From: an uncultured Pirellulaceae bacterium
Lineage (GTDB): Bacteria > Planctomycetota > Planctomycetia > Pirellulales > Pirellulaceae
Assembly: GCA_964522605.1 (NCBI GenBank)
Contig: CAZFWV010000002.1
Location: 6,519 to 70,518 of the forward strand
Direction of reading: 5' to 3'
Length of the DNA stretch: 64,000 bases
The position numbers and the translations under genes are program-made. The notes below the pieces were generated by a model. That model did not search any database. It saw nothing but the letters and a program-made list of their open reading frames with translations, and was not told the origin of the DNA. This document shows, piece by piece, positions 24,375 through 35,200 of the stretch. Positions within the stretch are counted from its first letter, which is position 1. The number at the start of each line of letters is the position of its first letter.

Positions 24375-27300
24375 ATGGTCCTTCATCGTCTTGGAGTGGC
24401 AGCCGTTTTTTTGGCTGCTCTGAATCTCACGTTTCGGCCAACGGACGCATCGGAGTTCATCGACGAAGTATCGCGTCTGATACGATCAGCCACCGAGATC
24501 ACTCCAGAAGAAGATGCGCCGGGGGCCGTCGATGGCAAGGTCACTGGCCGCTTTGCGTTTCACACCGGCCAAGACAGTCCGCCGTGGTGGCAGGTCGATC
24601 TGGGAGAACGGAAGGCGGTTGCGCAGGTCCGCATCTACTCACCGCATTTCAGCGAGCGGATGACGAAATTTCGTTTGCTTGCGTCGGACGATGGGTATGA
24701 CTGGAAGACTGTGTATGAGCATGGCGAGGCGACCAATGACGACAAGAGATTCGACATTGAGCTGTCGAGTGTCTCGGCACGGTACTTGCGCATTGCCGCA
24801 TCAAGCCATACGTGGATGCATTTGGACGAAGTGATGGTCTTCGGACCTGACGATGAGAAAACCAACCTCGCGTTGCGAAGGCCTTGCAGTCAGTCGAGCG
24901 CTACGCATTGGTCGACCCGTTCCGCGCCTCGGTCACCACAAGGGGATTGGCGGATCGAATTTGGCGTGGCGCGACGTGTGATCGACCCGATTCTCGGCCG
25001 AATGGGCGCTGGCGACGAACTGGCTGTCTACCGAGACGAGTTGATCGCGGGCAAGGTTTTGCTCGACGATGTTCGCTGGGAGACGCTGTATCAAGCGGCG
25101 CTCGCCCGGAGTGCGGAGTGGATCGATGTGCGCCAGCAGTTTGAGCTGATCGATCTAGCCGCATTGGCTCGTGCGCTGGATGACTTGGCGGGCCGTCACC
25201 CGGAGAGGTATCCGGACGTTGCGAGTCTCCGTAGCGAACTCGGCAGATATCGCGAGTCGTTTGACGCGCTGCAAGCCGACATTGCGGCAGGGCGGTCCGA
25301 TGCTTGGAACGTGGCAGCTCGATTGGTCGAGTTCCAGCGCGACGTGCTCTTGCGGAACCCGCTGTTGGACTTTGGACGAATGGTCATCTTGCGCCGCAGA
25401 TTGGGCGCTGATTCGCGCCGGGCCATGGGGGCGATGTTGGGCGTCGCCACGCTCAACGCACACACCAACGACTCGTTGCAGCAGACCGGTTGGGACAACA
25501 CGATTGCCGAGTTGCGTGATCTGCGTACGGGACCCATCGTGAATGATCTCTATGACACCCAGGGTCGGCTCATCACCGACCTGGAGGTTGACTTCGACGC
25601 TTCCCGGATGATGTTCTCGTCGATTGGGCTAGGGCAGGGCAACTGGCGCATTTTCGAGATGAGGCTGGAGGGTGACGATCTGAATTCGACCGTCCAGCAG
25701 ATCACACCGGACGACGGCGAAGATGTGGGACACTTCGATTCGTGTTACGTGGGCGATCGCGAGGAGATCATCTTCACGAGTACGGCACCGTATCAGGGCC
25801 TGCCATGCGAGTACGGCGCGCGGCGGATGACCTGCTTGTTCAAACTCGACCGACGCACCGGCGAGATCCGCCAACTGACGTTCGAGCAAGATTCTGACTG
25901 GTCGCCGACAGCACTGCACGACGGGCGAGTAATGTATCTTCGCTGGGAGTACAGTGGCTTGCCGCACAGCAACAGCCGCATCCTTTTTCACATGAATCCA
26001 GACGGCAGAAGCCAACGCGAATACTACGGTTCTGGATCCTACTTCATGCCCTCATACTTTTACGCGCGAGCGATTCCCAATCACGACACTCAGGTCGTAG
26101 GCGTCGCGACGGGTCATCACGGAACACCGCGGAGCGGCCGGTTGATCATCATCGATCCGCAGCTCGGGCGACGCGAAGCCCAGGGAGTTGTTCAAGAGAT
26201 TCCCGGTTGGGGCAGGAAGGTCGAGCCGGAGGTGCGGGACCGATTGGCCGATTTCTACTGGCCCCACTTTCTTCATCCTTATCCCTTAAGCCCGAAGTAT
26301 TTCATCACCGCGATGAAGCCTGACCGGGATGCACTGTGGGGCGTGTACTTGGTCGACATTTACGACAATTTCACGTTGCTCTACCAGGAAGAGGGCAGCG
26401 CGATTCTCGATCCGATTCCGGTGACACCGCGGCGCCGCCCGCCGGTCATCCCCGACGAGACCGTGCGCGGCGAGAGAAACGCAACCGTCTTTTTGGCAGA
26501 CATCTACGCAGGTGATGGCTTGAAGGACATTCCCCGTGGCACGGTGAAGCAGCTGCGCGTCGGTACCTACTACTTCAGTAGCGACGGTACAGGGGGGCTG
26601 CTCGGGTCAATCGGTGCTGACGGGCCGTGGGACATCCAACGGGTACTCGGGTCCGTTCCGGTTGAAGAAGACGGTTCAGCCTCGTTTGTGATTCCGGCCA
26701 ACACACCGGTTTTCTTGCAGCCTCTGGATTCAGAAGGGAAAGCCCTGCAGCTGATGCGGAGTTGGATCGTGGGCATGCCGGGAGAAGCCGTCTCCTGCGT
26801 CGGCTGCCACGAATCGCAGGACTCGGTGGTGATGAACAAACAGGCAAAGGCGTCGTTCCGCCCGCCTGCGCCGATCGAGCCTTACCGGCACGCCGTCCGA
26901 GGTTTCTCCTTCCCTCACGAGATTCAGCCTGTGCTCGATCGATACTGTGTGGGATGTCATAACGGCTCCGATCCGCCGAAGTTGCCGGAGATCCCTGGCA
27001 TTGTCTATCCAACCGATTTGCACTGCGACCAGGACAACGGGGAAGGCCTTATTGACCTGCGTGGCTCGGAGTACATCACCGACTGGATGAGCGAACACGC
27101 GGGCAATTGCGGCGGTGGTGCCCGAGGTGGCAATTTCCCGATTTCGTATGTCGCCCTCGAACGCTATGTGCGTCGCAACGGGATCGAAGGGCCTCTGCAA
27201 ATGCTTTCACCCGGTGAGTTCCACGCCGACACGACCGAGTTGGTGCAGATGCTTCGCGATGGCCGGCATTACCGCGTGCGGATGGATGCGGAATCATGGG

Positions 27301-28448
27301 AACGACTGATCACCTGGATCGATCTCAACGCGCCTTGTCATGGCACGTGGGCAGCAGTGGGTGAGCAGCCGGCACAGCGAGTGGCTCAGGTCAACCAACG
27401 GCGGATTGAGCTGGCTTCACTCTACGCGAATATCAGCACCGACTACGAGGAGCAGGAGCCGTTGCCGGAGCAGGAGCCGTTTCAACCGCCTTCGCCGCAA
27501 ATTACAGCCGCCCATTCACATGCTGTGTCTGACGGCATGACCGATTGGCCCTTCTCGGCCGAACAGGCCGTTGCGCGGGTAAAGGATCGCGCGCCTCAGT
27601 CGGTTGACCTTGGCGCGGGAGTGCGGATCGAATTGATTCCCATTCCGGCCGGACAATACATTGATTCGCACGGTAGGGCGACCACCATCGAGCAGCCTTT
27701 CTGGATGGCGAAGTTCGAAACGACGAATGAGCAGATGCGCCGCTTCGATCCCATGTTTGACGCGGGAAGGGAAGATCGGTATGGCTATCAATTTGGACGG
27801 CTCTGCTACGGTATGAACGGGGACGAGATGGCGGCGGTGCGCGTTGAATGGAATCTGGCCGTCGCGTTCTGCCGATGGCTTTCCGATCGCACTGGTAGGA
27901 GCTTCACGCTGCCGACGGAGGCTCAATGGGAATGGGCTTGTCGCTCCGGCAGCGACGGCGATTTCTGGTTTGGCTGTCTCGGAGACGACTTCACCCCGTA
28001 TGCCAATCTGGGAGATATTCGGCTGATTGAGTTCGCCGCCAATACGAACACAGGTGACTACACAACGACATCGTTGATCGACGATCCGGGCAAGTACGAC
28101 GATCGCATTCCACGAGACCGGCAATACGATGACGGCGTGTTCCTGACCCACCGTTTTCCGCGAGATGAAGCCGGCGTGATGTTGGCCGAGCCGATGTATC
28201 AGGCGGAGCGTCCGGAAGATGCTGAGGGCATGCCGCAGGAGTTGGTATTCCGACCGAATGCGTGGGGCCTCTATGACATGCACGGCAATGTATGGGAATG
28301 GACGACAACGGAAACCGAAACAGGCCGCAAGGTTGCGTGCGGTGGTTCATTCTATGATCGCCCCAAGCGCTGCACGGCGGGCAGCCGGGTGGATTACGCT
28401 TCCTATCACAAGGTGTTCAACGTCGGCTTCCGCGTGATCTGCTATTGA
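24375..28448 (+). CDS. Secreted 1357-aa multidomain protein: discoidin domain, PD40/beta-propeller-like region with two CXXCH motifs (hydrazine-synthase-alpha-middle-domain-like), and a C-terminal SUMF1/FGE-sulfatase-type domain
   Basis: It has a signal peptide. The discoidin part reads PPWWQVDLGERKAVAQVRIY...ARYLRIAAS. CVGCH occurs at 26796-26810 and 26946-26960. The FGE-type domain reads FWMAKFETTNEQ...EAQWEWACRSG...NAWGLYDMHGNVWEWT...GGSFYDRP...FNVGFRV. Confidence 0.85.
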   Translation: MVLHRLGVAAVFLAALNLTFRPTDASEFIDEVSRLIRSATEITPEEDAPGAVDGKVTGRFAFHTGQDSPPWWQVDLGERKAVAQVRIYSPHFSERMTKFRLLASDDGYDWKTVYEHGEATNDDKRFDIELSSVSARYLRIAASSHTWMHLDEVMVFGPDDEKTNLALRRPCSQSSATHWSTRSAPRSPQGDWRIEFGVARRVIDPILGRMGAGDELAVYRDELIAGKVLLDDVRWETLYQAALARSAEWIDVRQQFELIDLAALARALDDLAGRHPERYPDVASLRSELGRYRESFDALQADIAAGRSDAWNVAARLVEFQRDVLLRNPLLDFGRMVILRRRLGADSRRAMGAMLGVATLNAHTNDSLQQTGWDNTIAELRDLRTGPIVNDLYDTQGRLITDLEVDFDASRMMFSSIGLGQGNWRIFEMRLEGDDLNSTVQQITPDDGEDVGHFDSCYVGDREEIIFTSTAPYQGLPCEYGARRMTCLFKLDRRTGEIRQLTFEQDSDWSPTALHDGRVMYLRWEYSGLPHSNSRILFHMNPDGRSQREYYGSGSYFMPSYFYARAIPNHDTQVVGVATGHHGTPRSGRLIIIDPQLGRREAQGVVQEIPGWGRKVEPEVRDRLADFYWPHFLHPYPLSPKYFITAMKPDRDALWGVYLVDIYDNFTLLYQEEGSAILDPIPVTPRRRPPVIPDETVRGERNATVFLADIYAGDGLKDIPRGTVKQLRVGTYYFSSDGTGGLLGSIGADGPWDIQRVLGSVPVEEDGSASFVIPANTPVFLQPLDSEGKALQLMRSWIVGMPGEAVSCVGCHESQDSVVMNKQAKASFRPPAPIEPYRHAVRGFSFPHEIQPVLDRYCVGCHNGSDPPKLPEIPGIVYPTDLHCDQDNGEGLIDLRGSEYITDWMSEHAGNCGGGARGGNFPISYVALERYVRRNGIEGPLQMLSPGEFHADTTELVQMLRDGRHYRVRMDAESWERLITWIDLNAPCHGTWAAVGEQPAQRVAQVNQRRIELASLYANISTDYEEQEPLPEQEPFQPPSPQITAAHSHAVSDGMTDWPFSAEQAVARVKDRAPQSVDLGAGVRIELIPIPAGQYIDSHGRATTIEQPFWMAKFETTNEQMRRFDPMFDAGREDRYGYQFGRLCYGMNGDEMAAVRVEWNLAVAFCRWLSDRTGRSFTLPTEAQWEWACRSGSDGDFWFGCLGDDFTPYANLGDIRLIEFAANTNTGDYTTTSLIDDPGKYDDRIPRDRQYDDGVFLTHRFPRDEAGVMLAEPMYQAERPEDAEGMPQELVFRPNAWGLYDMHGNVWEWTTTETETGRKVACGGSFYDRPKRCTAGSRVDYASYHKVFNVGFRVICY

Positions 28449-28606
28449 GATCGCGACGTTTTCCATCCGAAGGTGACAGGGGAGGGCCAGCGTCTTGCGG
28501 ATTTCATCCGCTCCCCGGACAATCGGAAGCAGATTATGTTCGAGCGAGTGCCATAGGTCCGTTTGTTTGCCTAGCCCAGCCTGCAGTGTTGGGAAGAACT
28601 TGAAAA

Positions 28607-30874
28607 ATGAAAGCCCCAACAAGAATATTGCTCCTCACCTTGCTCACCGCTTTGTTGCCGGTTCAGGCATCCATCGCCGCGGAGTCAGGAACGACAGACG
28701 CGGATGAATCTCCTGAGCCCACGGTCCAACGGATCGGCCCGCCGACGTTCTTTGCGCCGCCGGTCGAGCGTTACCGGCTCGGTACGCCGGACGTCAACAA
28801 TCCGGCGTTCTACCCCATCCCGCAGACGGAAGTGACACGGGCCACCTACATGGCGTGGCTGGAACAGAGCGGTCTGTTGGATCACGCTCAGCAACCGCAG
28901 CTGGGTATGAGCGGTCCGACGCTGTTGCTGCCCGTACTCGCCAAATATGTGCAGACTGGCCAGCCGCATTGGGGCGAAGCCTGCGTTGCCATGCTCAAGG
29001 ATTACCACCGTGCGATGCAGGTTGAAGTCCGGGCGAAAGGTTGGGTGGAACAGTTTGCCGAACCGCCGGCTTTCCTGCCGGTCTATCGCAAGTATCTCAT
29101 CGCGGGCGGGCTGATGACTCCCGACGAGTCTTGGTTCAAGGAACTCTGGCTGGACTACTGCCGGAATCTGCATGTCTGGGGCTCGAAGCCCATCGAGTGG
29201 CGCGGGCCCTGTCATCGCTCCATGCCCGAGGCGTTGGCCAAGGGCCTGGCCGCGAAATGGTATCCGGACATTCCCGAGGCCGCTCATTGGAGCGAATACT
29301 CGGAGCTGGTTTGGCACGATTTCTGGCGCGTGAAGGATTTGCTCCAGAATGACACGGGCTACTTCCAGGACAGCGTCCGCGCCTTCGCGTTTTCCGGCGA
29401 TCAACTGCTGGGCGATGATCGTTATCTGAGCGATCCCGGTATGCAAAAGATTTGGCAACGCCTGATGGTCGAAATCACACCCGACGGGGCCATCAATCCC
29501 TACGGTCCCAACGGAGGCTGGAACAGTACGGCGGCGCTGCGCGTCGGTGTGCTGGAGGCCGCCGCCACAGCGACACGTCATGGTGCTTACCGGTTCGCGG
29601 CTCACAAGGCGATGAACTATCTCCTTTATCAGAACGCGCCGACGTTGCGGGACGGCTACCTCAAGCAGCAGGAAACCGCGCCCTATGTCGTACTCGCCTG
29701 GCTTGCGGCAGATGACTCCATCGAACCGGTCGAGCCTCCTTCGGGTGGAATCACCACACAGCGCCGCGAACCTGCCCGCTATCCACACCGCGACAAAGCG
29801 ATCGTCGGCCGGTTCCTGCCCGATCTCGATCCGGACCCGGACAAGGCGAACCTCTGCTGCAATTGGACATTCACCGAACGCATGATCCCAGACAAGCTGG
29901 TGCTACGCAGCGGCTGGAATCCGGGCGACTTCTATGTGCTGGTGGAGCTGGCACCGACCACGTTTCCGTACAACGCCGGCGGCATCGTCGGCATGAATCG
30001 TTGGGGCGCGCCGTTTACGCAGGTCGTGACCTCCAAGGGCGAGACACCGGAGAACCGACTCTGGGTGACTGACCTCTCAGGGACCGCACGTCGCCGCTAT
30101 CTGCCAGATCCCGATCGCATCAACGAGGTCTGGGAGAAGGGCAAGATGCAGGACATGATGACCCGCGTCGCGTACCTGCACGACACGCCGAATGCAACAC
30201 TGGCCTGCGTCGAACTGCAGAATCCGGAAGGTCTGCCGGTGCGAGTGATCCAGGAATATGTCTTCGTGAGAAACCGGTTTCTCGTCCGCCGCGAGACCGT
30301 GATGTTTGAGGAGCCGTTCCGTGCCCGCGTGGCGTCGATCTGGAACACGCAAAACGTCGGGCCGTTCATCGGCACCCACTGGGCCAATACCTTCCTGAAC
30401 GCGCCGGTCGCATCGAACGGCCAAATTGCGATGAACACGCCGCCTGCGGACTTGTTGGTCTACTTCGCTCCGCAGCCCGGTTGGCGGATGCAGGTGGTGG
30501 ATCGCACCGCCGAGGATCCGCGCACGGAGGCGTGTCCGGCGCAGGTGCGATACGTGTGGGAAGGAACGCCAACCGCTGGTCAACGACTCCATTCCACTCA
30601 GGTTTACTATCCCCATGCCGCGAGGAAGGCTCCACCCGTATCGAACAATCCGCGAATGAAGAACGAAAACCGCGACGCCGAACTCGCCACGCTTGCCGGA
30701 GCTTCGGGCATCCACATGGTGCGGGACGATCTTGAGGCGACTGTGCTGCGACTTGAGTTCGAGCCGGGCCGCGTCGAGTGGGTTATCTTCAATCCAGAGC
30801 GCCAGACGCTGAAGGTGGATTCCTTGGAGACAAAGGAACCCTTGCTCTATCACACGACGGACGAATCGGGCTGA
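28607..30874 (+). CDS. Secreted hypothetical protein (755 aa), possibly an alpha/alpha-toroid lyase-like or heparinase-II/III-like fold
   Basis: It has a clear signal peptide (MKAPTRILLLTLLTALLPVQASIAAE), a long uninterrupted ORF and coding-like composition. The Trp-rich helical N-terminal half is only suggestive of a fold assignment. Confidence 0.7.
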   Translation: MKAPTRILLLTLLTALLPVQASIAAESGTTDADESPEPTVQRIGPPTFFAPPVERYRLGTPDVNNPAFYPIPQTEVTRATYMAWLEQSGLLDHAQQPQLGMSGPTLLLPVLAKYVQTGQPHWGEACVAMLKDYHRAMQVEVRAKGWVEQFAEPPAFLPVYRKYLIAGGLMTPDESWFKELWLDYCRNLHVWGSKPIEWRGPCHRSMPEALAKGLAAKWYPDIPEAAHWSEYSELVWHDFWRVKDLLQNDTGYFQDSVRAFAFSGDQLLGDDRYLSDPGMQKIWQRLMVEITPDGAINPYGPNGGWNSTAALRVGVLEAAATATRHGAYRFAAHKAMNYLLYQNAPTLRDGYLKQQETAPYVVLAWLAADDSIEPVEPPSGGITTQRREPARYPHRDKAIVGRFLPDLDPDPDKANLCCNWTFTERMIPDKLVLRSGWNPGDFYVLVELAPTTFPYNAGGIVGMNRWGAPFTQVVTSKGETPENRLWVTDLSGTARRRYLPDPDRINEVWEKGKMQDMMTRVAYLHDTPNATLACVELQNPEGLPVRVIQEYVFVRNRFLVRRETVMFEEPFRARVASIWNTQNVGPFIGTHWANTFLNAPVASNGQIAMNTPPADLLVYFAPQPGWRMQVVDRTAEDPRTEACPAQVRYVWEGTPTAGQRLHSTQVYYPHAARKAPPVSNNPRMKNENRDAELATLAGASGIHMVRDDLEATVLRLEFEPGRVEWVIFNPERQTLKVDSLETKEPLLYHTTDESG

Positions 30875-31132
30875 TCGGTCCGCAAGTACCGGACAAAATC
30901 ACCCGCGATTCACTCTCCGTCGTGCTGGCTTCCATGACGCGTGATCCCGCTCGCGACCACGACGAGCAGGAGTTGCCATGGTTCCAGGACGAAGCAGATC
31001 GGGATCCCGTTGGATGGGGAGATAATCCAGGAGAATCCGTGGAACCAACCCGGAAATGCCTGAAGTGCCGATTGCCAACGAGCTTCTCCGTCGTTTCCTT
31101 CTGCTTGCGAGAACGCGCTTCGTTGGACCGTC

Positions 31133-31987
31133 TCAGCGGCTCATGGTGCGCACTTTTTCGAGAATAGTCGGACGAGCGCCCTCCATGATGTCGCGAACAT
31201 CATCATAGCGCATCGTGCGTTGTTCGAACGATCGTTTTTCCAAGGCGCCCAGGAAACGTGCTTCGAACTCAGCCAGGTTGAAGCCATAAATATGGTAGCT
31301 GTCGGCCATATGACAGTAACGGCCCACATGCACGGTTCGCCCTGAAAGTTCGGTAACCCGCTCGGCGATGTTTTTTTGAAGTTGAACGAGGGCAAAAATG
31401 TTCATCATCGCCGCCTTATAGGCATCGTTGCTGCGGAAGCGAACGTTCATGCTGAGTTGTGGCTGACCTTCCTGATCGATGATGCGACACCAGATGCTCT
31501 GCAGGCAGGCCGGATCGTAGCAGCTGTTGTCCTCCCAAACCTTCCAGGTGATCGCTTGGGCCCGTCGCGTGTAAGGTGTTTTCGCCAAGTTGCGACAGAG
31601 GTTCTCGATTTGGTCGATCGGCGCCATTGTCGGTGGCTCGTAGCGAAACAATCGCTGATGATATGTGTATTCCCAACGCGTGTCGTTTTCATCCGATGGA
31701 TCACGTACCCAGTGGTCTTTGATTCCCTCGCAGACCTCCATGACGTACTCTTGCAAATCCTCGAAGCCTCCCGGGAAGTCGCGATGGATCATCGGCTCGG
31801 CCAGGGGATCGCGCACGGTAAGGACCATCGTCGCATCTTTGCTGGGAGGATCCCCGGGCTTGTCGTATTGTGTCTTCAGTTCGCATCCGTGTTGGTATAA
31901 CTGAACCAGTGAGTTCTCCCAGGCCTCAGCGATGCCTTCACCTTCGGCTGTCAGTACGGGGATTCCGTTCATGTTGGATCCTGTCAC
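31133..31987 (-). CDS. Thymidylate synthase (ThyA) family protein, divergent / archaeal-like
   Basis: Blocks collinear with canonical ThyA: TRRAQAITWKVW (SRR..SAWNP), DPACLQSIWCRI (PPCH, catalytic Cys kept), VRFRSNDAYKAAMMNIFAL (QRS.D..LG.PFNIASYALL) and ADSYHIYG (GDAHIY). Confidence 0.7.
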   Translation of the reverse strand: MTGSNMNGIPVLTAEGEGIAEAWENSLVQLYQHGCELKTQYDKPGDPPSKDATMVLTVRDPLAEPMIHRDFPGGFEDLQEYVMEVCEGIKDHWVRDPSDENDTRWEYTYHQRLFRYEPPTMAPIDQIENLCRNLAKTPYTRRAQAITWKVWEDNSCYDPACLQSIWCRIIDQEGQPQLSMNVRFRSNDAYKAAMMNIFALVQLQKNIAERVTELSGRTVHVGRYCHMADSYHIYGFNLAEFEARFLGALEKRSFEQRTMRYDDVRDIMEGARPTILEKVRTMSR

Positions 31988-32253
31988 TCGGAGCGCATCG
32001 GAACATCAGCAAGCGGTTGTTGAACAAGAGCAGAGCTTCACGCGTCGCTCTCGGACAAGAATGGACGCTGTTCAAGCCCGTCTGGTCAAGATACTCGCCC
32101 GAAGGCTAACCGGCCAGTACAGATGGAGTTGTGCCGTTGGATCACCACGAAGGGCAACCACAGGTCGCGCGAGGTACTTTCTGTCGCGACGGAGCACCTG
32201 GAGGGAACACGCATGGGTAGGGCATTTTCGCGGACACGTTGATTCGTGGCGAT

Positions 32254-35200
32254 CTAACGCGGGACCGGATATGTGCCGCTGATTCGGTCGGGGATGCCGC
32301 GATCGGCGAGCGACAGCGACCATGCGACCAAGGCGATGACTGGGATGATCGCCAAGCCGATCGCCCAACCGGCCCCCAGCCCAATCGACATCAATAACAC
32401 CAGAAACACTGGCAGAAGTACGCACGGCGACCAGATGACCAGGCTCCGCCAGAGCGTCCGCAGCCGGGATGCTCTAGTGCCGTCGCTGGTCACGACGGCG
32501 ATTCCGAACACGTAGGACAGCAGGCCACCGCGAAACAGCAATGCGCAGATGACGCTGGGTACCGCGAGCCAGATCACCAGGTTGCTCACGGCCATCATGA
32601 CGACGAACAACACCATCTGGCCCGACTCCATCGGGAAGCCGGGCAGCCCCGGTGGCAATTCGTCGAGAAACGGCTGCAGTCGGGCGGTTGCCTCGGCGAG
32701 TTCTTCGGGGGAAGGATCGGGATGCGCGGCCGCGGCCTGCTCGGCAATCTCCCGCAGCTTCCCGGTCAGGATATCTCCCGATTGGTAGGAGGACCGGCGG
32801 ACCGATGGGCCCCACGGGTTGAAGCTCGTTTCACCATAGCGGCTGGCCACGTAGAGCTCCAGGTCGCGCCGCTGTTGCTCCTCGGCCTCGTCCACAGCGC
32901 CGTCGGCGCGCTCGAGCTCCACCATCTTCAAAAGGCATTGGTACACGATCGCGGCGTCAGGGTTCTCGACGGCCCATCTTTGAGTTAGGTGCATCCCGAA
33001 GGCCATGATCCCTAGAAGCGGGATCAACGGCGCAACACAGACGGCCAGCAGTCCCAGGCGCCTCCCGCGGCTGACTGCCGCCGTTCGGTTCAGCAGTGGC
33101 TTCAGACGGTGGGCGGCCTCTTCGGGTTCTTTGATCCTCGGAAGCTCATCGACGATCGGTCGAGCGTGCAGTGGAAGAGGTGCGGTGACAGAACGCTGGC
33201 AAGTCTTTCCTGGTTCGATTGGGCGTCCCTCCAGCGCGGCGATGGCTACACAATTGAGAAAAGTCCCCGTCGATGCCTTGTCGTCGCCGGCCAGCTTGTG
33301 CATTTCGCGCCACGGGCCTTGTTGATCGATGTCCGGTGTCGGGAAGTCGAGCAGCTTGGCGCGGCCTTCCAGAGTAATCCACACGCGATCCAGTGCCAGC
33401 ACGTGGGGGAGTGACCTGTTCTTGGCACCCGCGGCCAACTCTTCGGCTACGTCGACCAACCAGAAGCGGACGGACTGCCACGGCTGCGGCTGTTTCAGCA
33501 GGTGGACCAGGGGACTGCCCGACGGCGCTTCGTAGGCGTCCCAACACTCGCCCGGCGCTCGTCTGCCGGCCAGCCAGCGAAGGCGTCCCGGGCGCGCAAG
33601 ATCGCGCACGTCGGATGTGACAGAGGGTGTGCCGTCGGGCAACCTACGGATCCAGACCTTGCGCAACAGTCGCCAGTCGTAGCCCAACAGCAATTCGGCG
33701 CCGTCTGCCTTGTCCAGGATACGCAGTACGTGATAGGGCCCGACCATTGGCGTTGCCTTGGTCTCTTCCGGCGACTCGTGCTCGCGGGGCAGCACCGGCC
33801 GCGACCGGTAGACCGACTTCAGCACCACCCGCGTGTTGCTTACGAGGTCCTGCAATCCCGCGTATCCGTTACGCCGCCGGGCCGTGGAAAACATCAGCGC
33901 CAGAAGCGCAAACCAGGAGTAGGCAATCACCTGCAAGAGCCACATCGAGGGCTTCGGGGCGACGCCGGCTCCAATCAGCACCGCATAGGTCAGACCCACC
34001 GTTTGCGGGATCAAGACATAGACCGTTGCGCGGGCCAAGGCCCTCGGAAGGCCGGGCGCGTTACGCTTTGCGTTCACCACGCGGACTCCGCAGATCGCTT
34101 TGCCCACCGAAGCGCCCCACAGGCCCTCCGGTACCGCGAAGTAAAGAACGTATAGGAAGGCCATGATCGCCATCAGCGCATTGTGGCCGGGTGATCCGTA
34201 ATAGTCGGTATCGGACATGCGTTCGAAGTTGCCGAACCATGCCCACATCAGGCAAGCTGCCGCTGGAGAAAAGAGGCTGTAGTCGACAATCCCCGCTCCC
34301 AGACGCAATCCCAAAGCCGCCGGGGTGGGAGCCGCAGAGCCGTGGGGGGCCAACGCCTGGCGTAACTCGTCGTACGTGCGAAAGCGGGCCGCCGGCTGTT
34401 TGTGAAGACAGCGCAACACCGCCCGAACCAGTCCCTCTGGAATCCCGGGACGCAGCTCGGCTGGCGAGCGGGGCGGTTGCTCCAAGACCGTGGCAATCAG
34501 CCGAACGAGGTTGTCCGCCTGATAAGGCATCTGGGCGGTGAGCAGGTAGTAGAGCGTGACTCCCACCGCATAAATGTCACTGCGCACGTCCAGCTCGTCG
34601 CCCCGGAGCTGCTCGGGCGAGGCGAAGGCAGGCGTGCCGAGGAAGGTCCCGCCGGTGGTCAAGTTCGACTCGCTGCGAAGTGACGTGGAGATCGACAGAC
34701 CGAAGTCGCCCACTTTGACCGTACCGTCCCGGTCAACGAAGCAGTTGGCCGCTTTGACGTCACGGTGCAACACGCCCCCGGCCTCAGCCGCCTCGAGGCC
34801 GTCGATCACCTGAAGAATGACGTCGACCGCTTCGCCCACCGGCAGAGGCCCTTCCCGGAGGACGCGTTCCTCCAGGGTTCCGCCGGGCACGAGCTCCATC
34901 ACAATGACCGGCACGCCCGCGATCTCTTCCGTGCCGAAGACGTAGACGCTGTTCGGATGGTTCACCGAGGCGGCCAGTCGTCCCTCGCGCAAGAATCGCT
35001 GTTTCGCCTCCGGTGAGTCGAGACGGTGAGCGAGCACCTTGAGCGCCACGCGGCGCCCGCTCTCCAGATGATCCGCCTCGTAGACGGCTCCCATTCCACC
35101 CGAACCCAAACGTCGGACGATCCGATAGCCGCCAAATAGCTGGCCCGGAGTGAGCGCGAGCTGGCCCTCTTCGTCGACCGTGAGTGATCGGTCGGTTCCC

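Noticed and set aside
24375-28448. Calling the 1357-aa protein a formylglycine-generating enzyme that matures the nearby sulfatase
   Set aside because: The protein has a signal peptide and large extracytoplasmic domains. Its FGE-fold domain shows only one Cys where true FGEs have the catalytic C-x4-C pair. The fold is shared by many non-FGE enzymes.
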